Source of the DNA: an uncultured bacterium
Lineage (GTDB): Bacteria; Chlamydiota; Chlamydiia; Chlamydiales; 2-12-FULL-49-11
DNA length: 64,000 bases
NCBI GenBank assembly: GCA_964477345.1
Contig: CAYZDL010000001.1
Coordinates: 63,924-127,923 of the forward strand
Direction: 5' to 3'
Below the pieces are notes generated by a model that saw only the letters and a list, made by a program, of their open reading frames with translations, was not told where the DNA came from and made no database searches. Shown here piece by piece: positions 45,879-55,940 of this stretch (position 1 is the stretch's first letter; each line of letters opens with the position of its first letter). The translations under genes and the position numbers were made by a program.

Positions 45879-47084
45879 ATGACGTTTGATAATTTTAATT
45901 TCCATCCTATGCTCCGTAAAGCGATCTCTGACGCTGGCTACGAGGAGCCTACCGAAATCCAAGCAAAGGCAATGCCAAAAATCTTAAGTGGTTTTGACAT
46001 CCGAGCCTCAGCCCAAACCGGAACTGGAAAGACGGCTGCCTTCCTCATTCCAGCCCTTGAACTAATCACCAAAACCGAAAAGAAAGGTCGCGGACCGAAA
46101 ATTCTAATCCTCGTACCTACCCGTGAACTCGCTATGCAGGTATCGACCCAGGCTACTAAATACAGTAAATTTTTAAAAGAAGTAAAAACTGTTTGTGTCG
46201 TAGGCGGTGTAGCTTACGAAGCCCAACTCAGAAAACTCGCCAAACCGCACGACATTTTGATTGCGACCCCAGGCCGCCTGATCGACTTTATCGAACAAGG
46301 GAAAATCAATTTTTCAGGTTTAGAGATGATCGTCCTCGACGAAGCCGATCGAATGCTCGATATGGGCTTTTTAGAACAGGTCGAAACAATCCTTGAATCG
46401 ACACCAAAAAAGAAACAGACACTTCTTTTCTCTGCTACACTTCAAGGAAGCGTCAAGGCACTCTCAGAAAAGTACATGAATAAACCGATGGATATCGTCA
46501 TCCACTCAGAGCACCAACGCCACGAAAATATTACACAGCTTCTCCACTACGTAAAAGATTTGGTAAGCAAGAAAAAACTTCTTGATCACCTCCTCCACGA
46601 TGAAGAAATGAATAGAGCGATTGTCTTTACCTCAACTAAACGACAAGCCGATATTTTAGTAAAAAATCTTCATGATAATGGCCACCACGCTGCCGCCCTT
46701 CACGGGGACATGACTCAAGGCAAAAGGACAAGGACCATTGCGCAACTTCGAGAAGGAAAAGTCAAAATTTTGATTGCAACAGATGTTGCTGCAAGAGGAA
46801 TTGACATTCAACTAGTCTCCCACGTAATTAACTTTGACTTACCTCGTAACGTTGAAGATTACGTACACCGAATTGGTCGTACAGGAAGAGCCAACTCAAA
46901 AGGAATCGCCCTCTCCTTTGCCACAAGAGAAGATACTCATCTTGTGAAGCGCATTGAAGAGTTTACTGGACAAGAGATCGATCTAATCGAAATCCCCGGT
47001 TTTGAGGCACCTGCGATGAAGAAGCCCTTCAAAAGAAAGTTTGCTCCCAAACCAAAATTTCAAAAGTTTGGACGTAGACGATAA
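45879..47084 (+). CDS. DEAD-box ATP-dependent RNA helicase
   Basis: Q-motif, 'AQTGTGKT', 'PTRELA', 'DEAD', 'SAT', 'HRIGRTGRA', and a basic C-terminal tail. Confidence 0.9.
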   Translation: MTFDNFNFHPMLRKAISDAGYEEPTEIQAKAMPKILSGFDIRASAQTGTGKTAAFLIPALELITKTEKKGRGPKILILVPTRELAMQVSTQATKYSKFLKEVKTVCVVGGVAYEAQLRKLAKPHDILIATPGRLIDFIEQGKINFSGLEMIVLDEADRMLDMGFLEQVETILESTPKKKQTLLFSATLQGSVKALSEKYMNKPMDIVIHSEHQRHENITQLLHYVKDLVSKKKLLDHLLHDEEMNRAIVFTSTKRQADILVKNLHDNGHHAAALHGDMTQGKRTRTIAQLREGKVKILIATDVAARGIDIQLVSHVINFDLPRNVEDYVHRIGRTGRANSKGIALSFATREDTHLVKRIEEFTGQEIDLIEIPGFEAPAMKKPFKRKFAPKPKFQKFGRRR

Positions 47085-47133
47085 TCCTCCGATCAGGGTA
47101 CAATTATCCCTTTAACTAGGCGAGGTTTATGCT

Positions 47134-48708
47134 ATGCTTCAAATACTTTCTGAAACGTTTAAGCAACCCCTCAACAATATCGGGACGCTAATTCTCGGTC
47201 AGTGCTATCTGCACGAAAATAACGGCGACCCGCAATTACTTATTTTAATAAAAAAAGTATGTACCGTCGCCTTAGTGATCTTTTTTTCACTTGTTGCCAT
47301 TACCGCCATCCCTATATGGGTAGTAGGAGACGTCATTGAAGCAATTGACATCGGCAATCAACCCTTTGAAAGACGGACTTTCCCGATCCCTGACCACCCC
47401 ACTTCTCTCGATCCCAAAATGACCGAATTCCTCGGATCCTCTCTCTCTACATACCAAAACACCAACGATCCCGAATTTTGCAAAGGTTCTGACTGGCAAA
47501 ATTATGTCGAAAAAAATTTTACAGGGGATAAAGCACACCTCGCCCCTGGAATGGGAGTCGATATTTTAACTGAAGAAGGGCTCAACCTTTTGATTGCTTC
47601 GACATTGGAAATGAATGGAAACACCCTCCGCTTCTCAGTCGAATGGGCCGATATTCGTAATAAAGACGGCTCTTTTAATGAAGTAGCCATGGAGCAATAT
47701 GTTAAAGTTGCAAGAAAGCTTAAAAAAAGTGGTATCACTCCTTTCGTAACACTCCACCACTTTGTCACCCCTCTCGATAAACAAGGTCGTATGCTCTTTG
47801 AGTCACCCAAGGGTGTCGATGAATATCTGAAATTTGCTACCTACGTTTACGATCACCTCTCTGATCATGTTGAGCATTTTTTTACTTTTAATGAGCCTCA
47901 CGTCAATGGCGTAGAAAACTACATCCGAGGTGTTTTCCCCGCTGCAGGAATAGCAAACTTTTACACCTATACTCAGGTCACCAACAGGAAACTTGAAGCT
48001 CACAAGTTAGTTCACCGTGAACTGCACAGTATGGCCGAAAAAAAAGGGAAAACGGTGCATGTTGGACTCACTCACCAAGCCGTCATGTTTGAAACCACTT
48101 CAAGATGGAATTATTTAGCCAGAGCCGTCGCCTTCGTTTTCACCTACCTATTCCACGATAATTTTATGAATTGGGCAGTCAATAACACATCCTCCCTAGA
48201 CCTTCTAGGAATTCAATATTATTCTAAGCCTCTCCTAAGTGGAATCATCCCTGATTCAACCTGTAGAGAAGGGGAAGAAATGGTCGAACCCATGCACTTC
48301 CGTTTCTACCCAAAAGGAATTTACGATATCTTGCAAGATGTCCACAATCAATTAGGCAATAGAGTCTCCCTACTGATCACTGAAACAGGAACTGCAGGAA
48401 AAAATGACGTAAAAGGCAGCGACAATGACACAATGGACAAACGTCGAAAAGATTACTTCACAGAATCAATCGAAGCGACTAGAGCTATACAAGACCTAGG
48501 GATTAACGTGATTGGCTATCTATTCTGGTCTCTTTTTCGAAACTTTGAGTGGGCCTTTGGATGTTCCGAAAAACACGACTTTGGAATGATTGCCATAAAC
48601 CCAGAGACACGCGAAACACGGCCTACTGCTGGATTTACGGCAATACAAGAAATCTTTGCCAATACTCAGCGCGCAGCTGGACGTCAACTAGCGACTGCAC
48701 GTTCATAA
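47134..48708 (+). CDS. GH1-like glycoside hydrolase with hydrophobic N-terminal segment
   Basis: 'RFSVEW', 'TLHHFVTP', 'TFNEPHV' (acid/base NEP) and 'LLITETG' (nucleophile motif with T in place of the usual N). The N-terminus has the hydrophobic stretch 'VCTVALVIFFSLVAITAIPIWVVG'. Confidence 0.65.
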   Translation: MLQILSETFKQPLNNIGTLILGQCYLHENNGDPQLLILIKKVCTVALVIFFSLVAITAIPIWVVGDVIEAIDIGNQPFERRTFPIPDHPTSLDPKMTEFLGSSLSTYQNTNDPEFCKGSDWQNYVEKNFTGDKAHLAPGMGVDILTEEGLNLLIASTLEMNGNTLRFSVEWADIRNKDGSFNEVAMEQYVKVARKLKKSGITPFVTLHHFVTPLDKQGRMLFESPKGVDEYLKFATYVYDHLSDHVEHFFTFNEPHVNGVENYIRGVFPAAGIANFYTYTQVTNRKLEAHKLVHRELHSMAEKKGKTVHVGLTHQAVMFETTSRWNYLARAVAFVFTYLFHDNFMNWAVNNTSSLDLLGIQYYSKPLLSGIIPDSTCREGEEMVEPMHFRFYPKGIYDILQDVHNQLGNRVSLLITETGTAGKNDVKGSDNDTMDKRRKDYFTESIEATRAIQDLGINVIGYLFWSLFRNFEWAFGCSEKHDFGMIAINPETRETRPTAGFTAIQEIFANTQRAAGRQLATARS

Positions 48709-51434
48709 CAAAGATTGACTCTACGGCATAAGGTGAGAAAACCGGCATCCCTGTTTCCACCGATGTAAGCCCTCAAACGCTCTAATGAAACCCTAAGCGA
48801 CTCGTCGTCAACCTCTCTTTCTTTGAATTGCCCAAGAATCGACAGTGCTTGTCGTACCTCGTTACCATTTCCTCTACGGCCCATCAAAGTTTTTATCGCA
48901 CCTTCAACATATCTACCTTGACTCTCGATCGACTTACTCCAAGGAATCGCCTGCTCAAGGACACTAAACTTTTTACTATAGTACCCCTGTAAATCCTCAA
49001 TAGTCATCGTCGCCTTGGCCTCTTCTACTCCGACACCTTCTAATTTTGCATAAGTTTCATAAATCGAATCCAAATTGGCTTTAAATTCTTCCGCACTAGT
49101 TGTGAAAGGAGGAATGAAAGGCTTTTCTCCCATGCTGTAACCTACAAGCCTTGCTTTTTCGGCCATCCCAGCATAAAACTCAGTCACTACCTGAAAATCG
49201 GTCAGCGACTCACGGACAAATTTAGCCCCTCTGGGCATCGGCATGCCCCAAAGCTGATCATAACATTTTTCTCCGTTCTCCTGATACTGGTGAGCAAATG
49301 TCAATAATTGCCTTCTTGAAGAAGGAGTCGCTGCGACTACCCACTGAAAATCAGGCACCTTTTCATGATAGGAGGTCAAAGCATTTCTCACATTCTCCCC
49401 AGTATTTGTCGAGTTCTTCTCAAGCTTTATCGCAACACCTCCGACAACATCCTGACTCCCATCGAATGTCCCGACAAATTCAACAGGCACACCACTCTGG
49501 ACCAAAGCTCTCTCTAAAGTACCACTCAGACTGATAGCCTCCTCAGTACCCGTAAAAATTGTCCCTTCTTGCCCCTTAACCATCTGGCCTATTTGAGGAA
49601 AAACCGCTGTCGTCGCATGCCCACCCTTACCCATTACCAGCACCTGCACATGCAGATTTTCAACAGTGCCACCTCTTTTTTCAACCTCTTCCCTCAAATG
49701 ACGAATTTGCGAAGCCACAAACATCGGTGTCGATTGATCATTGTTCCCCGGCTCTAAAATCCTTAAAGTCACCACACCTTGGTTTGATCTCTCGACTAAA
49801 TCGGCTTCATCCAAGAAAGTATCCACAATTGCGGTCGACTCCTGCCCCTTTAGTTTCAATTCAGCAGAAACACTATCTAAACCCTTCTCTTCAAGACCTT
49901 TTACACGATCAAGGACACCTGTATATGTCATTTTCGCACCCGGCACAGGAGGAGGCAATTCTCTCATTGCATTGACCACATCCTCACTTTTGACCACCAA
50001 AGGAGGATTTTCTCCATCGATTTCTTCACTCACAATACGATCGATCTTAGTTCTACCACCTAAACGCTCAATCGTATCATCTGTGATCTCAGCCGCTGAC
50101 ATCACGTTCCGTGTATTAGTCAACAGCGCCTCCATATCTCTGAAAAGAGGCGGCTGTGGACCATCTGCAATTGCCGCTCTATTTGTCATTGCCTGCAACA
50201 CCACAGAGGTAAAAATTGCATGAGAACTCTTCGCCTCACCGTACTGAACACGACTCTCAACAGAAGAACCCTTAACTTTGGCCTCAGCTCCCACAGGTGC
50301 GACGCAAATAAAATGCCCCTCAGAAGCCAAGAAAGCCGGCATATCATTTCCTGTCATCTTTTCATCATCACCAAGATAAAGCATATCAAGCTTTACACCA
50401 GGTCCAGCCTCTTTCGGATCGAATTGATGATATCCCGCCAATTCAACCAAGCGACCATTGACAAATCCTGCTAGACTTCCCCCACCAGCACTTGCGAAAA
50501 CTACCCTAGAGAGAATCTCATGCCTAACTCTTTCAGAAACCCCTGCAAGTCCAACCAAAAATCGTCTAACGGTACGAGCTGGATCGTTTCCAGAATTGAT
50601 CACAAGCACTCCACCTTGAGCTAAATAGCTCAGAATAGGTCCCCGTGCAGGAGAATTAAACAAATTCGTCGATTCTACGGGAAGTCCTGCAACAGGCTTG
50701 TCCCATAAGGTTCCATCCGCGTCAGAGATCACAACCGTATGACTTAACCTAGCATCGATGGTAGGCCCCGGCACATACCCAATCTGCCCCAAAACCCCCA
50801 CAAAATTATCACCTTGCTGTAAAAATTTAATCGGAGTTGCTTTATCAATACCCTCGGAAGAGATCTCCAATGTCGTACTGCCCGCCTCAACAAACGCGAG
50901 CCCTCCGCAAGCACCTCTAATTTCAGCCGCAATTTTATTCCTAGTCACTCCATCCTTACAAGCCAGAGCAACATTTGCACAAAGACCACTCTTACCAAAA
51001 CATTCCCTCAACTCTAACCTTGGCTTCTCATTATTTTCAGCCCTCAAAGGATCTGTCATCCACCCACAGATCTTCTCTCTTTGTTCACTCACAGACAAAC
51101 CATTAAATTTTGCCCTATCCTCTTCACTTAGGGTCTTTTCGTAATCGTCCTTATGCATATCCAAAGCCGTTTCGACAAAAAGAGAATACTGTTCAGGCCT
51201 CAAACCGATCATAACATCATCCAATGTAGGCGAGCCAATTGACGAATAACCGCTACTTGAAGGCCTCACAGAGGATGTATCACTACCCTCTTCACTCTCT
51301 GTCATTGGAGCAAATCGATGTTCAATCGCAATTTTTTCCGTCTTTGCATCTATTGGGCTAATCCCTTCCTTACTAGAAAGATCAGCTACCTGATGTTGGA
51401 ATCCCCCAGACCCCGCACCCCGCACTTCATTCAT
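48684..51434 (-). CDS. large multidomain protein: disordered Ser-rich N-terminus, HAD-like phosphatase motifs, DUF218-like region
   Basis: The ATG at 51434 is preceded by a G-rich SD. 'VVISDADGTLW' (HAD motif I), 'INSGND', 'LGDDEKMTGNDMPAF', then 'NSTNTGENVRNAL...VVAATPSSRRQLLTF' (a DUF218/YdcF-like signature, from memory). Confidence 0.55.
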   Translation of the reverse strand: MNEVRGAGSGGFQHQVADLSSKEGISPIDAKTEKIAIEHRFAPMTESEEGSDTSSVRPSSSGYSSIGSPTLDDVMIGLRPEQYSLFVETALDMHKDDYEKTLSEEDRAKFNGLSVSEQREKICGWMTDPLRAENNEKPRLELRECFGKSGLCANVALACKDGVTRNKIAAEIRGACGGLAFVEAGSTTLEISSEGIDKATPIKFLQQGDNFVGVLGQIGYVPGPTIDARLSHTVVISDADGTLWDKPVAGLPVESTNLFNSPARGPILSYLAQGGVLVINSGNDPARTVRRFLVGLAGVSERVRHEILSRVVFASAGGGSLAGFVNGRLVELAGYHQFDPKEAGPGVKLDMLYLGDDEKMTGNDMPAFLASEGHFICVAPVGAEAKVKGSSVESRVQYGEAKSSHAIFTSVVLQAMTNRAAIADGPQPPLFRDMEALLTNTRNVMSAAEITDDTIERLGGRTKIDRIVSEEIDGENPPLVVKSEDVVNAMRELPPPVPGAKMTYTGVLDRVKGLEEKGLDSVSAELKLKGQESTAIVDTFLDEADLVERSNQGVVTLRILEPGNNDQSTPMFVASQIRHLREEVEKRGGTVENLHVQVLVMGKGGHATTAVFPQIGQMVKGQEGTIFTGTEEAISLSGTLERALVQSGVPVEFVGTFDGSQDVVGGVAIKLEKNSTNTGENVRNALTSYHEKVPDFQWVVAATPSSRRQLLTFAHQYQENGEKCYDQLWGMPMPRGAKFVRESLTDFQVVTEFYAGMAEKARLVGYSMGEKPFIPPFTTSAEEFKANLDSIYETYAKLEGVGVEEAKATMTIEDLQGYYSKKFSVLEQAIPWSKSIESQGRYVEGAIKTLMGRRGNGNEVRQALSILGQFKEREVDDESLRVSLERLRAYIGGNRDAGFLTLCRRVNLCYERAVAS

Positions 51435-51840
51435 AATAATCCCCCACCCCAATCTGTTGTAATTTCTTAATTACTTATAATTGTCCTTACCAGTAATTAT
51501 AATCAAAATTAATTAAAAAGTAAATATAAATATTTAATTGTAAAGTATTTATTTTAATTTTTTTGACGGATAATTTGAATTGCAAGACACACTAGATTGA
51601 ATGGTCTACACGTACAAAAGGGAAACAATGGAGTTTCTTTTAGGAAAATACCGAATCAGCGTATTCTATTTCTTCAAATTGAGAAGAACTATTTAAGAGA
51701 TAACCACTTAAAAAAACAATCGCGATTAGTAATGGCTCTAGCATTGAGAGTCTTCTGGGCATAACATAGACATGTGAATGAAACCTTGTATCTTAGCTTT
51801 GTTGTTGGTGCCTATTGTAAAAATCATAAGACAGCCTCCC

Positions 51841-52548
51841 CTATTTCTTGTAGTCGGTGAAGAGCTTTTCAAAGTGAGCCATAAGGGCATTGGTATGAGC
51901 GATAACTATTGGGTCGTCTCTGTATTTTTGCACATACTCATTGAGTTCCTTAGTACTATTCAATGAAATAGCCCCATGACCCTCCTCTCTCTCTATGTGC
52001 CCAGGGAGATTTTCACTGGGGGAGCCTGTGAAGCTTTCAGTCATATGCTCATGCCATTGTTGAATCACTTGAGGGGTGACTCCGTGTATTTCTTCTTCCT
52101 TGATGGGTGTCGAGAGAAACGTGCAAATCGCTTTCTTGTCACATCTATTTTGCGAGTAGAGGACCTCGTCCTCAAGGACCTTAATACGAATTTGAGGCGC
52201 ATAGGCAAGATGCCGATAACCGGGTGGCAAAAGGTGTTTATCTACGTAGTTATCTCTCACTTCATCTACATAGGAATGGAGCTTCATCCCTTTTGTAAAG
52301 GGGTCTTTGATCTCAATGAGATCAGTTATTGTAAGCCCTTTTTCGTGGGTTTTCGTTCGGGATATTTTGGCCATGTAGCGGATGTCTGGGAAAAGAGTCC
52401 CTAACATAAACGCTTTCTTTTGTTCCTCTGAGTATTGCTCGAAGTGATCAATCCACATTTGACCAATCGTAGCGTGAAAAAGAGGAGCTGCAGTGTGTAT
52501 CTTTACACCGATGACGCAAAGGACGAAGATAGATAAAAATTTTTTCAT
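51841..52548 (-). CDS. secreted zinc-dependent phospholipase C-like family protein
   Basis: Signal peptide. 'HATIGQMW...AFMLGTLFPDIRY' and 'KLHSYVDE' resemble the H...PD(I/F)xY pattern of proteins annotated Zn-dependent PLC family (from memory). Confidence 0.4.
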   Translation of the reverse strand: MKKFLSIFVLCVIGVKIHTAAPLFHATIGQMWIDHFEQYSEEQKKAFMLGTLFPDIRYMAKISRTKTHEKGLTITDLIEIKDPFTKGMKLHSYVDEVRDNYVDKHLLPPGYRHLAYAPQIRIKVLEDEVLYSQNRCDKKAICTFLSTPIKEEEIHGVTPQVIQQWHEHMTESFTGSPSENLPGHIEREEGHGAISLNSTKELNEYVQKYRDDPIVIAHTNALMAHFEKLFTDYKK

Positions 52549-52619
52549 AAGACATCTACTTTAATAAAATCTCGATTTTTTCTCTAGAAGCATTATAATC
52601 TTTGCCCAAAGGAGTCCCT

Positions 52620-52790
52620 ATGAAAAAAGAGCATGAGCATAACTATACAGCAACGCTTGGTAAATGGTACAGCTGGGACGCTCCAACAGGGCTTGCGATT
52701 GGGCTTTTGGGGTTGAGTCTTGGCCTTGGTGTTATCCTATCGTCGGTAGGTCTTTTAGCTTTACTTCTCCACAAAGCAGGGCTATTGTAA
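52620..52790 (+). CDS. small membrane protein
   Basis: The ATG has AAGGAG 6 nt upstream. The C-terminus holds one or two TM segments: 'GLAIGLLGLSLGLGVILSSVGLLALLL'. Confidence 0.35.
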   Translation: MKKEHEHNYTATLGKWYSWDAPTGLAIGLLGLSLGLGVILSSVGLLALLLHKAGLL

Positions 52791-53348
52791 ACGTAAAAGT
52801 TCTTTGTCAAGCTTGATGTAGGCAGATTGAATCTCGTTCTTTTCTTGATTCATTGCAGGCTTAAGTGTGATAAAGAACTGGTCTACCTCGTCTAATTCGA
52901 TCACGTCATCGACATCAAATTCGTCATTGGCAACATGAGAAACCTCAATTACATCGTCTTTGTGAATCGTATGTAGATCGGGAGAGGCAAATTCTTCCTT
53001 AGCTCGTCTGACTGCATTTGGTGCTGATGTAGCTACATAAAACTCACTCTTGTGCACTTCGGTAAACTCGCCATGCCTGTATGCTCCAAGATTAATGAAA
53101 AAGAGCTTGTTTTCCTGAGGCTCAGCCGGTCTTGATTTTGAAAGGCTCACCTCAAAACCATCAACCTGTTTGATCTCTTGGTAAGAATCGATATGAAAGC
53201 CATCCAAATTTCCAAACCATTTCCGGGCAAGTAGAGAGTAGCTCTCTTCAATCGTCGTTGCAACAACAAAAACGACATCATGTAGCTCTATGTTGCATTT
53301 ATCAGCTCGTCCTCCGAGGTAAACAGCAAAAAGTTTTTCTTCTGACAT
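52782..53348 (-). CDS. DUF1543 domain protein
   Basis: 'LFAVYLGGRADKCNIELHDVVFVVATTIEE...HIDSY' and a second 'LFFINLGAYRHGEFTEVHK' repeat match my memory of DUF1543. Confidence 0.6.
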   Translation of the reverse strand: MSEEKLFAVYLGGRADKCNIELHDVVFVVATTIEESYSLLARKWFGNLDGFHIDSYQEIKQVDGFEVSLSKSRPAEPQENKLFFINLGAYRHGEFTEVHKSEFYVATSAPNAVRRAKEEFASPDLHTIHKDDVIEVSHVANDEFDVDDVIELDEVDQFFITLKPAMNQEKNEIQSAYIKLDKELLRLQ

Positions 53349-53535
53349 ATTGACTCCTTTTTTCTTGCCTATTGTACATAAAACCGTTTTTTTTTTGACA
53401 CCCCTCACGATTACTTAATACACCGCATCGAACTCTGAAAAAAGAGACCTGTCTTATTGACAAAAAATTCTTGCATCTAAAATAAATTTTTTGCTAGTCT
53501 TCATTCTTTCTTAACATAAACCAAAAAGGAGCTTT

Positions 53536-53985
53536 ATGGAACAAACAGCACTTAGAACAGTATCCCCAACAACTTTTGATGCGATCTTCAGTAAGCTTGA
53601 GACTCTCCAATCAGAAGATAACGAAGCCTTACGCGCACTTGCTACAAGATGTGATACCGAAGCTAATGTAATGACTACAGTTCAAGCTGAAGTAGTTGCA
53701 TCATTGCAGGAGAGAGATCTTATCACTGAAGGTGGCGCAGTTTCTCCTAATGTAAAAAGCGTCCTTTTAGCTTCTATCGGAGATTTAACTGCAGCCCTTG
53801 CACAACAAGGTCTAATTACAATCCAAAAACCTGTGACTCAACTTGCTGCTGCTAGCGATGCGGTCGGTGACGAAGCAAAAAGCCCCGTCCGAGTTAAATA
53901 TATGGGCTCAAAAACAGATGTTTTACCATCAGCTCCTCCCAAAGATACCCCTCTAGATCGTACTATGTCCTTAACTTTAGAATAG
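53536..53985 (+). CDS. hypothetical protein
   Basis: 149-aa ORF with an AAAGGAG RBS. No signal peptide and no recognised domain. Confidence 0.4.
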   Translation: MEQTALRTVSPTTFDAIFSKLETLQSEDNEALRALATRCDTEANVMTTVQAEVVASLQERDLITEGGAVSPNVKSVLLASIGDLTAALAQQGLITIQKPVTQLAAASDAVGDEAKSPVRVKYMGSKTDVLPSAPPKDTPLDRTMSLTLE

Positions 53986-54172
53986 ATTCTTGTTACTGTT
54001 CTAAGTGCCCTAGCTTTCTAAGTTGGGGCGCATTTTTCTCAATTAGCCCGAGAGCCTTCTGATATCGCTAGGTTAAAAAAAGAGGCTCTTTTATCAAAAG
54101 AGAGTCAAGAAGGTGAAGTGCCCAACGATGTAAAAAAAGTGGTCTTAGCTTCTATCACCAATTTTAAGGATC

Positions 54173-55525
54173 TCAGCACTCTTCCAAGACTATTCTTGCG
54201 ATACGCTCGCCCGATTCAAAAGCAGCTTCCATCGTCCCTGCAATCGTGGGATCAATTCCTGTATGTTCCCCGGCAAAATAAACCGTTTTACTAATTGGTG
54301 CAAACAGTGCTTTAACTTGATGTTTACCACAAGGAATTATCTTTCCGAATGTCTCTTCTTGGCCTGCCACAAAGTAAGAATAGCTGCCACCAGCAAATCG
54401 ATCATTAGCCCAGCTGTAGCCAATCGGTCCCCAGTAAGAAGCAAAAGGGATATCCAATCCATACAATGGCATCGATTGACTGCTTTCAAGAGTTCCATAG
54501 ATTGCTTCCAACATCGGCTTTTCTTTTTCATAAACATCTGAAACTGTAAGTGGAGTGAACTGTATTGGTAAATAAAGAGTCACAACTTTCGATCCAGCCA
54601 CCCGAAAACAAACCCCTGCATTGTCAATCCCAAATAGAAATGAGGAGGTCGATTTTTTTTCCGGCATGGTCAAAATGATCTTACCCCTCTTCGAATAGGG
54701 AACTTGTTTGATTTGATCTAGTCTTTTAGAGGGGATAATCGATTCATCAAAAGCGATCTTTTCGTAGGTAGGACAGGGATTCGTAAGAATCACTTTATCA
54801 GCAGTAACAGTCGTTCCTCCTCCGAAAGCAAGGACTAATTTCCCTCCTGCTTTTTTTGTCACTTTCTTGAGAGGTGTTTCGAGCTGAACTCTATCTCCAA
54901 GCTCTCTTGCCATACTCTCCAATAATCGACTATTCCCCCCTTCTATCGTATCGATTGCAATCGAATCTGAGCCATTACGAACAGCCTCATGTCCTTGAAC
55001 CACTCCCCCAGCTATCATATGATAGAGCGTCGTTGCATAACTAGAAGAAAGCGTATCTAGAGTCCCCCCCTCATAAGCTCTCAATCGCATTTCCATATTC
55101 TTATATTGGAGGCTCTCTTTTTTCATCAAAGAGTCGAAGATTTCCCTCATGTTGGTACAAGAAGAACCCAGTTTTTCTAATTGTTGTTTCAAACTATTCA
55201 GATCACGCCTAAAGTTAGCCATCAACTCAGCTTCATCGTGTAATTGCTTTCCATCAAAGAATGCCCCCCTTCTTCCGATACTGGTTCTTTTCACCTTAAG
55301 GCCAAACTGCTTGATTAAACGACGCATTGTTTGGGCATCGCCACCATCGCAAATGTTCTGTCCACCGAATTCAACCAACTCATCATCGATCTTTCCGGTT
55401 AAAATCCGGCCTCCAACCCTCTCTTTCGCTTCAAAGACTTGAACGTTCACACCCTTTTCAAGCAACGTCAACGCCGCTGTGAGGCCTGCTGCCCCTGCAC
55501 CAATGATAACCACTTGCAAACTCAC
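54173..55525 (-). CDS. FAD-dependent amine oxidase (flavin monoamine / L-amino-acid oxidase family)
   Basis: 'VVIIGAGAAGLTAALTL...VFEAKERVGGR' dinucleotide-binding motif and a C-terminal 'YFAGEHT'. Confidence 0.8.
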   Translation of the reverse strand: MSLQVVIIGAGAAGLTAALTLLEKGVNVQVFEAKERVGGRILTGKIDDELVEFGGQNICDGGDAQTMRRLIKQFGLKVKRTSIGRRGAFFDGKQLHDEAELMANFRRDLNSLKQQLEKLGSSCTNMREIFDSLMKKESLQYKNMEMRLRAYEGGTLDTLSSSYATTLYHMIAGGVVQGHEAVRNGSDSIAIDTIEGGNSRLLESMARELGDRVQLETPLKKVTKKAGGKLVLAFGGGTTVTADKVILTNPCPTYEKIAFDESIIPSKRLDQIKQVPYSKRGKIILTMPEKKSTSSFLFGIDNAGVCFRVAGSKVVTLYLPIQFTPLTVSDVYEKEKPMLEAIYGTLESSQSMPLYGLDIPFASYWGPIGYSWANDRFAGGSYSYFVAGQEETFGKIIPCGKHQVKALFAPISKTVYFAGEHTGIDPTIAGTMEAAFESGERIARIVLEEC

Positions 55526-55701
55526 GTCAAATCCCTCTGTTAAACGAAGTTACCAAGGTTATCAAAGCGGTTCTATAAGTAAAAGGAAAAACTTAAATCG
55601 TTAACCTCTAACATATTGCATTGTTTCTTGCAAAAAATACATTTCTTAGGTTTCCTCTAAGTTGTAATACCTTAACCTAACCAAATTGGGGGAGAATTGT
55701 T

Positions 55702-55899
55702 ATGCATAGAATGGGACTGTCACATTATAATCATGTTGCTTGGGGAGTATTAATCGCCGCTTTTGGGGTGTTCTTCCTAATCGCCAACTTAGTAAGCCGA
55801 GAAATCTTGTGCTTTTGGCCTATTTTTCTCATTATCGCTGGCGGACTAAAAGTATTCTGCAGCTGCTGTGGATCATGTGACCATAGTAGTCGTAAGTAA
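55702..55899 (+). CDS. small two-TM membrane protein with Cys-rich tail
   Basis: GGGGGAG RBS. 'WGVLIAAFGVFFLIANL' and 'FWPIFLIIAGGL', followed by 'CSCCGSCDH'. Confidence 0.45.
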   Translation: MHRMGLSHYNHVAWGVLIAAFGVFFLIANLVSREILCFWPIFLIIAGGLKVFCSCCGSCDHSSRK

Positions 55900-55908
55900 T
55901 GCTGGATC

Positions 55909-55940
55909 GGGGGCAAACCTGCCCCCACCACTATTTTTTT
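55909..55940. terminator. hairpin terminator between convergent genes
   Basis: GGGGGCA-aacc-TGCCCCC followed by T7 on the plus strand. Confidence 0.6.

Noticed and set aside
49298-51144. Antisense ORFs inside the 916-aa gene (e.g. 49741..50223, 50758..51144)
   Set aside because: These are Ser/Pro/Leu-rich shadow frames opposite a long ORF that carries recognisable HAD motifs.
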